A stretch of DNA of 64,000 nt, taken from an uncultured Actinomycetes bacterium. Lineage in GTDB: Bacteria; Actinomycetota; UBA4738; HRBIN12. A program made the position numbers and the translations under genes. The notes beneath the pieces are model-generated. The model saw only the letters and a program-made list of their open reading frames with translations. It was not told where the DNA came from and did not search any database. Where the stretch lies: NCBI GenBank assembly GCA_963704885.1, contig CAVPIB010000004.1, positions 64,001 to 128,000 on the forward strand, written 5' to 3'. This document shows, in pieces, positions 22,135 to 31,018 of this stretch. Within the stretch, counting starts at the first letter, position 1; each line of letters opens with the position of its first letter.

Positions 22135-22170
22135 CGAACGAGCGAAGCGGTCTCGAAAGGAGACGAACAC

Positions 22171-22965
22171 ATGAGGTCTCGAGGTCTGGTGGTCGCCCTC
22201 GCCGTGCTGCTCGCCGTGATGGCAGCCGCGGCGGTCGTCCTGTACACGAACGGCATCAAGAAGGAGGCGGAGTCCGGCGGTGAGCTGACGACCGTGATCG
22301 TCGCCACCCAGAGCATCCCCGCCGGCACGAGCCTGGACGCCCTGATCGAATCGGGTGCCTTCAAAGAGTTGAACGTCCCGACGGATGCCGTCGTCCAGGG
22401 CGCGGTCACGGGCCTTTCGGAGCTCCGCGGACAAACGATCACCACGCCGATCGTGGCCAACCAGCAACTGGCGACATCCAGCCTCTCGAGCGGTGAGCAG
22501 GTCGAGGGCGGCATGCTCGGCATCTCCAAGGGTCACGAAGCCGTCACGATCAAGCTCAATGCTCCGCAGGGCGGTGATGGCCATATCCAGCGCGGCGACA
22601 ACGTCACGGTGTTCGCCACTTTCACCGGCGTCTCCGTGATCAAGGGCACGCTGGATCAGTTGACCAACCCTGCCGCCACGGGCACCACCGACCGGCAGGA
22701 CCTCCCCGACTTCACCGCCGTGCTCATCCCGACGGTGCGTGTCTTGGATGTCTCGAACCCCGGCGTGGACGAGAACGGCGAGCCCACGGGAGACGCGGTC
22801 ACGATCACCCTGGACCTCCTCCCGAAGGACGCGGCCAGCCTCGTTTACGCGCAAGAGAACGGGAAGATCTGGCTGGGCCTCCTGCCTCCGGGCGAGGAAG
22901 GACAGCAGTTCCCCGCGGTGCAGGTCCCGGTCCAGCTCCTCCTTGGGAAGAAGGCAGCCGTATGA
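22171..22965 (+). CDS. cpaB: Flp pilus assembly protein CpaB/RcpC
   Basis: N-terminal TM, SAF domain VIVATQSIPAGT, GHIQRGDNVTV, VRVL. Confidence 0.9.
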   Translation: MRSRGLVVALAVLLAVMAAAAVVLYTNGIKKEAESGGELTTVIVATQSIPAGTSLDALIESGAFKELNVPTDAVVQGAVTGLSELRGQTITTPIVANQQLATSSLSSGEQVEGGMLGISKGHEAVTIKLNAPQGGDGHIQRGDNVTVFATFTGVSVIKGTLDQLTNPAATGTTDRQDLPDFTAVLIPTVRVLDVSNPGVDENGEPTGDAVTITLDLLPKDAASLVYAQENGKIWLGLLPPGEEGQQFPAVQVPVQLLLGKKAAV

Positions 22966-24176
22966 CAGAAGCCAGCGTCGTCGCCGTCGGGACGCCGCAG
23001 TCCTTCCGCCAGCAGATCGCCAGGGCTCTGGAAGTGGAGCCCGAGGAGATCGGATGGGCGCAGTCCGCCACGGTGGCAGAGGAGCTCCTGATCAACGCCT
23101 TCAGCGCCATCGACGTGCTGGTGCTGTCGCCTGAAGTGAAGGAGCCGGACGCGCTGGGCCTCGCCGAATTCGTGGGGCGCCAGGCGCCGGGAACCGCCAT
23201 CGTCCTGGTACGCGACCACACATGGAACGGCTTGCTGCCGGCCGCTATGCGCGCGGGCATCCGCGATGTGGTCGACATGACCCAAGGGGCCGAGGAGCTC
23301 CGCGATGCAGTGGAACGGGCCGTGGCATGGGCCACGAACCTCCGGTCCGTAGGCGGTCAGACGGCCGAGTCTTCCATGCAGCAGCGTGGCCACATCCTTT
23401 CGGTGTTCTCGTCGAAGGGTGGCAGCGGCAAGACGTTCCTGACCACCAACCTGGCGGCGGCGATCGCCGACGTCACGGGACAGGACACGGCCGTCGTCGA
23501 CCTGGACACCGATATGGGCGACGTCTTCACCTACTTCGGCCGCGAGCCGATCGCCCGGGTGGACGATCTGATGGGTATCGGCGAGGGGGCCGACCACGAC
23601 AAGATCCGGGAGATCGGGGTGCCGTTCGGCGACCACCTGTGGGGTTATGGATCACCGCCGGATCCGGCGGCCGAGCCGCCCGCAGGCGAGGCGGTCGGCA
23701 AGTTCCTGAGGACGCTCCGTGCCGACTTCTCCTACGTCGTGGTGGACGCGTCGGTCGACTACTCGGACTCGGCGCTCGTCTGCTTCGACCTGTCCGACGC
23801 GATCTGCCTGGTGACTCCGCTCGACGTCGTAGGGGTCAAGCACCTGTCGAAGGCTCTCGACACGCTCCTCACGATCGGGTTGCCGCGTGAGCGGTTCCGG
23901 GTCGTCCTGAACCGAGCGGACAGCAAGGTGGGTCTCGACTCGACCGACGTGGAGCGGGTCATGAAGATCACGGTCGACGCCATGATCCCATCCAGCCGGT
24001 TGGTGCCCACGGCGTTGAACAAGGGCCGTCCCGTCGTCTTGGACGAGCCGACCTCGGACGTCTCCCAGGCCGTGCGGCACCTGGCGGCCAAGTTCACCGG
24101 GCAGTTCGGGTCGGCGATCGAGACCAACGGCGAAGGCAAGGCCGTCAAGAAGCGCAAGCGGTTCTCGAGGACCTAA
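22962..24176 (+). CDS. cpaE: Pilus assembly ATPase CpaE/TadZ (receiver-like + MinD-like)
   Basis: AMRAGIRD, KGGSGKT, VDLD..MGD, VLNRAD. Confidence 0.9.
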   Translation: MTEASVVAVGTPQSFRQQIARALEVEPEEIGWAQSATVAEELLINAFSAIDVLVLSPEVKEPDALGLAEFVGRQAPGTAIVLVRDHTWNGLLPAAMRAGIRDVVDMTQGAEELRDAVERAVAWATNLRSVGGQTAESSMQQRGHILSVFSSKGGSGKTFLTTNLAAAIADVTGQDTAVVDLDTDMGDVFTYFGREPIARVDDLMGIGEGADHDKIREIGVPFGDHLWGYGSPPDPAAEPPAGEAVGKFLRTLRADFSYVVVDASVDYSDSALVCFDLSDAICLVTPLDVVGVKHLSKALDTLLTIGLPRERFRVVLNRADSKVGLDSTDVERVMKITVDAMIPSSRLVPTALNKGRPVVLDEPTSDVSQAVRHLAAKFTGQFGSAIETNGEGKAVKKRKRFSRT

Positions 24177-24187
24177 AGGAGGCCCCA

Positions 24188-25507
24188 ATGTCCCTGGCAG
24201 ATCGACTCGCGAACGCATCCCAGCGGGATCGACTCGCCGACGTCCGCCTCCGGGTGCAGGAGCGCCTGGTCGAGGTCCTCGGTCCCCGGCTGTACGACTC
24301 AACCCTTTCGGACAACGAGCTCGAGGGCTTGGTGCACCAGCGCCTGCGCGAGTTGCTGGACGAGGAGGAAGGACCGCTCTCCTCGCAGGAGAAGCTCCTC
24401 ATCGTTCGGCAGATCGGCGACAGTGTCCTTGGTCTAGGTCCGCTGGAGCCGTTCGTCCGCGACCCCGATGTCACAGAGATCATGGTGAACGGCTGGGACA
24501 CGATCTATGTCGAGCGCGCCGGCAAGCTCTACTGGACCGGTACCAAGTTCCATGACGAGCAGCAGCTCCGACGCACGATCGACAAGATCGTCGGGAAGGT
24601 GGGACGCCGTGTCGACGAGGCGAGCCCCTACGTGGACGCGCGTCTGCCCGATGGTTCTCGTGTGAACGCGATCATCCCCCCGCTGTCGATCGACGGCCCG
24701 GCGCTCACGATCAGGAAGTTCTCCGCCGACCCATACGGGGCCGACGACCTGATCCAGTTCGGCACCATGACTTCGGCCGTGAGCCAGTTCCTGGACGCCT
24801 GCGTCAGGGGTCGCACCAACATCATGGTCTCCGGCGGAACCGGTGCCGGGAAGACGTCCACCCTGAACGTGCTTTCGTCCTTCATCCCCGACGACGAGCG
24901 CATCGTGACTATCGAGGATGCGGCCGAGCTCCGGCTCCAGCAGCCGCACGTGATCCGATTGGAGTCCCGCCCGCCGAACATCGAGGGCAAGGGCGCCGTC
25001 TCGATCCGTGATCTGGTCCGGAACTCGCTGCGCATGCGGCCCGACCGTATCGTGGTCGGCGAGGTCCGTGACGCCGCGGCGCTCGACATGCTCCAGGCGA
25101 TGAACACGGGGCACGACGGCTCGATCTCCACCATCCACTCCAACTCGCCGCGCGACTCGCTCGCTCGTTTGGAGACGATCACCCTGATGGCGGGGATGGA
25201 CCTGTCGCCACGTTCGATCCGTGAGCAGATCGCCTCAGCCATCCAGCTGATCGTTCATCAGCAGCGGCTGAAGGACGGCACGCGCCGGTTCACGCATGTC
25301 ACCGAGATCGAGGGCATGGAGGGAGAAGTCATCACCCTTCAGGACATCTTCCTGTTCGACTTCGCGGCAGGCGTCAACGACGAGGGCAAGTTCCGCGGCC
25401 GGCTCAAGTCGACCGGACTCCGGCCCAAGTTCCTTGACAAGCTCGAGGAGCGGGGCGTCTTCGTGGATCCGGAGGTCTTCGCGCTCGAATCGAAGGGGTT
25501 CGAGTGA
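24188..25507 (+). CDS. tadA: Tad secretion ATPase CpaF/TadA
   Basis: GLGPLE, DARLPDGSRVNA, GGTGAGKT, LRMRPDRIVVGEVR, MNTGHDG. Confidence 0.96.
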   Translation: MSLADRLANASQRDRLADVRLRVQERLVEVLGPRLYDSTLSDNELEGLVHQRLRELLDEEEGPLSSQEKLLIVRQIGDSVLGLGPLEPFVRDPDVTEIMVNGWDTIYVERAGKLYWTGTKFHDEQQLRRTIDKIVGKVGRRVDEASPYVDARLPDGSRVNAIIPPLSIDGPALTIRKFSADPYGADDLIQFGTMTSAVSQFLDACVRGRTNIMVSGGTGAGKTSTLNVLSSFIPDDERIVTIEDAAELRLQQPHVIRLESRPPNIEGKGAVSIRDLVRNSLRMRPDRIVVGEVRDAAALDMLQAMNTGHDGSISTIHSNSPRDSLARLETITLMAGMDLSPRSIREQIASAIQLIVHQQRLKDGTRRFTHVTEIEGMEGEVITLQDIFLFDFAAGVNDEGKFRGRLKSTGLRPKFLDKLEERGVFVDPEVFALESKGFE

Positions 25508-26520
25508 TGGCTTCTGCCGCAGCCTCGACCTTCTGGGGAAGCCCCGCCGCATTAGCGCTGTCGGTTGCCCTCGTGGTGTTGTCCGCGTTCCTGCTGGGCG
25601 TCATGCTCTTCGGGACCGCGGCCCGCAAGCGTCAGCAGCGGATCATCGGAGAGCGGATGGCGGCGGTCGGGAATCGCGGCAAGTCGTCCTCGCAGATCCC
25701 GCTGGAGAAGGGCTCCGGTGGCTGGATCCCCAGCCGCGTCACCCACTTCGGCCGTCGCTTCGCCGATTCGCGAGGGTTCAGCTCTCGACTGGATCTCGAG
25801 CTCGAGGCAGCGAGCGTCAGCCTGCGGTCGGGGGAGTTCGTGATCGTGACCGTCGCGGCCGCGTTCGGCGGCCTGATCCTGGGGTACTTGATCCTGCAGA
25901 GCCCGTGGTTGGCGCTCGGCGTCGCCGCGGCGGCCGGCGCCTCTCCCACGATGGCCCTGCGCGTCGCGCTGGATCGTAGAGCGGAGAAGCTGCGAGAGCA
26001 GCTGCCGGACGTCCTGACGATCATGGCGAGCTCGCTCCGTGCCGGACACAGCTTCCTCCAGGCGCTCGACACGGTCGCCAAGGAGATCGCTCAGCCGGCT
26101 GCCACGGAGTTCCAGCGGGTCGTGGCGGAGATCCGCCTGGGTCGAAGCGCCGAAGACGCGCTAGGGGCATTGTCCGAACGTGTCGGCAGCGCCGACTTCA
26201 AGTGGGCGGTCCTCGCCGTGAACATCCAGCGGGAGGTGGGCGGCAACCTAGCCGAGATCTTGGACAACGTGGCCGACACGCTCCGGGAGCGTGCGACCAT
26301 GAGGCGCCAGATCCGCGTGCTGACCTCTGAGGGGCGCCTCTCGGCGTGGGTCCTTGCGCTGATGCCGTTCGGGATCGGCGCTTACCTGTTCGCGACGAAC
26401 CCGGAGTACATCGGGCTGCTGTTCTCTTCGAAGATCGGCATCCTGATGGTGATCTTCGCGGGGATCATGCTCCTGCTCGGTGTGCTCTGGATGAGGAAGA
26501 TCGTGGATATCGATGTCTGA
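25504..26520 (+). CDS. tadB: Tad inner-membrane platform protein TadB
   Basis: QLPDVL..MASSLRAGHS, QREVGGNLAEIL, EGRLSA. Confidence 0.93.
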   Translation: MMASAAASTFWGSPAALALSVALVVLSAFLLGVMLFGTAARKRQQRIIGERMAAVGNRGKSSSQIPLEKGSGGWIPSRVTHFGRRFADSRGFSSRLDLELEAASVSLRSGEFVIVTVAAAFGGLILGYLILQSPWLALGVAAAAGASPTMALRVALDRRAEKLREQLPDVLTIMASSLRAGHSFLQALDTVAKEIAQPAATEFQRVVAEIRLGRSAEDALGALSERVGSADFKWAVLAVNIQREVGGNLAEILDNVADTLRERATMRRQIRVLTSEGRLSAWVLALMPFGIGAYLFATNPEYIGLLFSSKIGILMVIFAGIMLLLGVLWMRKIVDIDV

Positions 26521-27460
26521 TCTCTGGTTCCTCGTTGCGGTCGCGTGCGTGTTCTTCACCGTCATCCTGGTGGGTTTCGCGGTCGATGCGACGGTCACCG
26601 ACAAGAAGCGCGCGGTGAAGCTCTTGGAGTCGCAGGTGAGCGGGTCTTCCTCGGTAGCGGAGTCGAGCAACCTGCGCGACCGCGAGATGGCTAGGAGCTT
26701 CGGCGATCGCGTGCTGGTTCCGTTCGTCGGAGGCGCCGGGCGGGTCGCCAAGAGGGTCACGCCGCTCGACGCACGCGATCGTGTGTCGAAGAAGCTGCTC
26801 CTGGCGGGGAGCCCCCCGGGCTGGGACGCGGAGCGCGTTATCGCGTTCAAGGTGATCGGCGCCGGCGCCGGCCTCGTCGGTGGCATCGCCGTGGCGGCCG
26901 GGCTCTTGCACTTCAACGGACTTCCGATGATGGTGACGATCGCGCTGCTCGCCTTCGTCGGGTTCGTGATCCCCGACTCGATGCTCGCGCGCAAGGTGCA
27001 GGAGAGGCAGCGGGAAGTGCTCGGGACCCTGTCCGACACGCTGGACCTGCTCACGATCAGCGTCGAGGCCGGACTCTCCCTGAACGCCGCCATCGCTCAG
27101 GTCGTGCAGAACGTCCCTGGAGTTCTGTCGGCGGAGTTCGCCCGGATGCTCCAGGAGATCCAGCTGGGCGTCCCGCGCTCAGAGGCGTTCAGGCATCTCG
27201 CGGAGAGGACGGACGTCGAAGAGCTGAACAGCTTCGCTCTAGCCATGATCCAGGCGGACGTCTTCGGAGTGAGCATCGCGAGCGTCCTTCGGACGCAGGC
27301 GAGCCAGCTCCGGATCAAGCGGCGTCAGGCCGCCGAGGCGAAGGCCCAGCAGACGCCTGTGAAGATCGTCTTCCCGCTGATCCTCTGCATCCTGCCGGCC
27401 CTGTTCATCGTGATCATCGGTCCTGGAGCGATCCGGATCATGGACACGGTTCTCAAGTAG
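26513..27460 (+). CDS. tadC: Tad inner-membrane platform protein TadC
   Basis: DLLTISVEAGLS, QADVFGVSIA, KIVFPL..CILPALF. Confidence 0.93.
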   Translation: MSDLWFLVAVACVFFTVILVGFAVDATVTDKKRAVKLLESQVSGSSSVAESSNLRDREMARSFGDRVLVPFVGGAGRVAKRVTPLDARDRVSKKLLLAGSPPGWDAERVIAFKVIGAGAGLVGGIAVAAGLLHFNGLPMMVTIALLAFVGFVIPDSMLARKVQERQREVLGTLSDTLDLLTISVEAGLSLNAAIAQVVQNVPGVLSAEFARMLQEIQLGVPRSEAFRHLAERTDVEELNSFALAMIQADVFGVSIASVLRTQASQLRIKRRQAAEAKAQQTPVKIVFPLILCILPALFIVIIGPGAIRIMDTVLK

Positions 27461-27478
27461 CGCCTTCTCCGTTCCGAC

Positions 27479-27507
27479 TCAAGCTTTCGGTGGTTCCGAG
27501 CCGATAC
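27479..27507 (+). promoter_or_regulatory. Putative sigma28/WhiG-type promoter (leaderless)
   Basis: TCAAG-N16-GCCGATAC, exactly 7 nt before the ATG at 27515. Confidence 0.65.
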
Positions 27508-27514
27508 CTCCTTC

Positions 27515-27667
27515 ATGCGGAGTACGGATCGCACGCTCGATCGGATCCTGGAGGCGTTCGCCGATGCGGTGGCCGCCGCCGAGTTCGAGAAGGCCGAAGG
27601 ATGGCTGGCCGTGGCCAGGTGGGCCCAGGGAGCCAGCGAGACCTCGACACCCGCTCCCGTCCGCTGA
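27515..27667 (+). CDS. 50-aa small helical protein (not in ORF track)
   Basis: MRSTDRTLDRILEAFADAVAAAEFEKAEGWLAVARWAQGASETSTPAPVR; GC3-rich codons and a promoter motif. Confidence 0.65.
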   Translation: MRSTDRTLDRILEAFADAVAAAEFEKAEGWLAVARWAQGASETSTPAPVR

Positions 27668-27794
27668 AGCGAGCCCTCTCGGGGCCGAAGGACGTAGGTC
27701 GTCGGTCGCATTGCAGCCTCCCCCAGCCATGCCCTAGACTCTCGGCTGTCCGGATGGTCCGTTGGGACCAAACGGATCGAGAGAAAGGCGTGTG

Positions 27795-28040
27795 ATGAAG
27801 CGCATCGGGTTCCTGCTCGCCACGGCAAGTGTCTTCGTGCTGTGCGTGGCCGCACCCGCTCTCGCTGGCGATGGTTCCTCCGTGCCGAACAGGCCGGGCG
27901 GTCCCGGGGTCAGCGGGTCGGGCGGCACCGCCTTCACGGGCGCGAACGTGTCGACGAGCATGATGTACCTGGTCGCGTTCGTGGTGGTCGGTGCGTTGGC
28001 CGTGTACTTCGGCCGGCGCCGCACGCTCGCCGCGCGCTAG
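27795..28040 (+). CDS. Small secreted protein with sortase-like sorting signal
   Basis: Signal peptide ending APALA, G/P/S linker, TAFTG motif, TM helix, RRR tail; GAAAGG SD. Confidence 0.75.
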   Translation: MKRIGFLLATASVFVLCVAAPALAGDGSSVPNRPGGPGVSGSGGTAFTGANVSTSMMYLVAFVVVGALAVYFGRRRTLAAR

Positions 28041-28054
28041 ACGCGATCACCCAC

Positions 28055-28083
28055 GAACAGGCTCCTCACGGGGCCTGTTCTTT
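28055..28083 (+). terminator. Rho-independent terminator between convergent genes
   Basis: GAACAGGCTCC-TCAC-GGGGCCTGTTC-TTT. Confidence 0.75.
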
Positions 28084-28119
28084 CATGTCCGACGTCGCGG
28101 AGCATCACTGCCGATCGCT

Positions 28120-30098
28120 TCACGTGACCTTGTCGATCAGTGAACGCCACAGACGCACCGGGAGCGACGGAGCGAACGTCGTCCGCAGGTCGAGGTTCCC
28201 CGCAGGCATCCCGTCGAACACGAGCGATCTGCCCTGGCGGGACAAGCCGTCGCTCCATGACGTGAATCCGCATCCCCTCAGGGGCCTGGATCACGATGCG
28301 AACGCGCGCCGGGCGGATAGTGGATTGCCCCACGAACGTGAGCCGGTATGCACCACCCGTGTTCGAGCCGACCCATGCGTCCGTGAGCAGGAGGTCGACC
28401 TCGATGGTCGCCGTGTCGCCCGACGGCGTTCTCACGTAGTCCTCGAAGTAGGGGAACCCGTCGGTCGAGTACCTCTCCAGCTCCACCGGCTCGCCGTTGC
28501 GCGTCCCGTCCCGCAGGATGCATCCTCTGTCGCAGTAGAGATCGACGACGGCGACGTTCTCACCCGGCTTGGTGGAGTAGGTCTTGTACGGTCCGATCAC
28601 GTACGGCGGGTAGCCTGAGGTCGGCGAGTCGTTCCTGCAGATCGGTGCGCAGGCTCGCCGTCGCGGTTCCTCCGGGACCGAGGTGCACCTCGTAGGTGAC
28701 CGTTCGCTCCTGGTAGAAGTCGAGCTTGGTTCCGGAGGCACTGTTGGTGATCACCGAGACGACGTCGGTTCCCTGGGGATCGAACGCGCCCCCAGCCGCA
28801 GTGAGCTCAAGTCCGGACTGCATGTCGGGTTCGGCGCTCCACACCTTCACGTGTCCGTCGTCGAACGCGCGTAGCATCGCCCTCTCGCGCCGGAGGTCGT
28901 CTCCCTCATCCGACAGGAACGCGTCGAGGACGGCCTGGGCCACCCGTCCCAGCACCAGCTTGCGCTGCTCGTTGGTGTCGAAGAGCGCGTAGGCCTCGTT
29001 CGTGACGAAGCGGACAACGGTGCGGTCCGTCAACTCGATCTCGGTCCCCCTGACCGTGACAGGGCCCGTCACCCGCATCAGCGCCTGAAGGGCGAACGGA
29101 TCGGCCACGATGACCCCGTCTAGCTCCTCGCCGGTCGCCCCGGCATAGGAGAGCCAGAGCGCTTCGGCCGCCAGGGGGAAGTCCGGCGTCATGTTGGCGT
29201 TCACCCAGAAGCCCACGCCGGTCCGGTAGTAGTCGAAGTTGGTCGAGTACTCGGGAGACGGGGACACGTGCCGATCCAGGTCGAGGATGGGTAGCGATTG
29301 GATCGGCCGAAACTCCGACAGATCTAGACGGCCATCGTCGACCGTGAGGATGGCGTAGGCGCCGATCAGCCCTCCCGTGCCTCGCAGCTCCGCGGGGTTC
29401 GAGGCACCGAAGAGGTAGTGCTTCGGCTCATCCGCCCCGAGGAAGGAAGGCAGCTCCCGCAGGATGGTCGCTCCCGCCAGCAGCTGTCGATGCGTTCGCT
29501 CCAACTCCCTCAGCGCCTCATCGCGGGCCGAGGCGACGGGCGGAAGCACCAATGAAGTCGGGGCTGCACGCAGCGTCTCGAGTGCATCTGCAGCGAGGAT
29601 CTCGGCCTGAGTGACGGCCTTCGCCAGGCCTGCCAGCCGCTCCAGGGGTATCCCGTCGGTCGCGGGGGCCAAGGCGCCCAGGCCTCCCGGAAGGTCGTTC
29701 ACGGCATCATCCAAGAGGGAGGCCGCCTTCGAGGTCGTCTCTCCCGCCTCAGCGATCGCGCGGACGGCGTCGGCGGTGTTGCCCAGCCACGGGACGGCTC
29801 CTGCGAGGCCGATCAGCGATGAGTCCGCGGCTCCGGAGAAAGCGCCCTCAGCGACATCGAACGCCTGCGCGGCCTCTTGGGAGCGACCGGCGACGAGCGC
29901 CGACTTCCCTCGCTCCAGCGCGTCGCGTCCGCGCTGGAGCTCCGACCGGATACCCGGTGCGGCGACCGCAAGGGCCGCGAGGAGCACGACCAACGCGGTC
30001 CCAAGGGCTGCCAGCCCGAGCATGACCCATCGACGCCATCGATGGGGGCGAGGCGGCGTCCGTTCGGTCGCTCCGGAGGGCTCAGGGGGTGTCTGCAT
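28120..30098 (-). pseudogene. DUF4012 domain protein with two +1 frameshifts (about 28637 and 28266), real or sequencing error
   Basis: NPAELRGTGGLIG, NMTPDFP, DGVIVADP, TKLDFYQ; domain continues in a second frame (NDSPTSGYPPYVIGP) and a third (FTSWSDGL...LWRSLIDKVT). Confidence 0.8.
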
Positions 30099-30192
30099 GG
30101 TCGGGTGGCGCCCCGACACTTCGCGGGGACGCGTTCCACCGTAACAGGGAGGAAGACCCATCCGGCGCAGGGGCGCTGTACCCTCTGGCGTC

Positions 30193-31014
30193 ATGAAGGT
30201 GGCCTATCAGGGCGAGCCCGGCGCCTACAGTGAACGGGCGGTTCAGACGCTCTTCCCCGACGGCGAGCCGATGCCCTGTGCCACCGTTCGCCTGGTGTTC
30301 TCGCGAGTGACGAGCGGCGAGACGGCCTTCGGCGTGGTTCCGCTCGAGAATTCCCAAGCCGGCTCGGTGAACGAGACCTACGACCTGCTGCTCAACACGA
30401 ACCTGCTCCGCATCGTGGGGGAGACGCTCGTCCGTGTGGACCACGCGTTGCTCGGGCGGCCGGGAGCCCGGCTGGAGGGGATCCGTCGCGCCCACTCGCA
30501 CTGGCAGGCGCTCGCGCAATGCGAGGAGTTCTTGGCGTCGATGCGGATCGAGCCGATCCCCGTCCATGACACCGCGGGCGCGGCCCGGATGATAGCGGCG
30601 TCGGGCGGCGACGAAGACGGGGCGATCGCCAGCGTCGAAGCGGGAGCGCGATCCGGTCTCTCCGTGCTGGCCGAGCGGATCCAGACCGAGAAGGAGAACT
30701 TCACCAAGTTCGCTGTCATCGGCACCGGGGACCCGGATCTAGGACCTCACGATAAGACCTCGCTGGTCATGGCCGTACTGGACGAGCCGGGCTCGCTGTT
30801 GGGGGCCCTGGAGCCGTTCGCCGCCCGCGGGATCAACCTGCACAAGATCGAATCGCGCCCGCGGCGCGGGAAGCCGTTCGAGTACGTGATGTACGTGGAC
30901 GTGATGGTGGCGGGCGACGCCCCGGCGCTCGCGGAGGCGCTGGACGAGGTCGCCACCCATACGTCCATGATCCGTGTCCTGGGCTCGTACCGGGCCGCCG
31001 CCGACCCCGCCTGA
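30193..31014 (+). CDS. pheA: Prephenate dehydratase
   Basis: VAYQGEPGAYSE, VPLENS..GSV, SHWQALAQC, KIESRP ACT domain. Confidence 0.95.
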   Translation: MKVAYQGEPGAYSERAVQTLFPDGEPMPCATVRLVFSRVTSGETAFGVVPLENSQAGSVNETYDLLLNTNLLRIVGETLVRVDHALLGRPGARLEGIRRAHSHWQALAQCEEFLASMRIEPIPVHDTAGAARMIAASGGDEDGAIASVEAGARSGLSVLAERIQTEKENFTKFAVIGTGDPDLGPHDKTSLVMAVLDEPGSLLGALEPFAARGINLHKIESRPRRGKPFEYVMYVDVMVAGDAPALAEALDEVATHTSMIRVLGSYRAAADPA

Positions 31015-31018
31015 GTCC

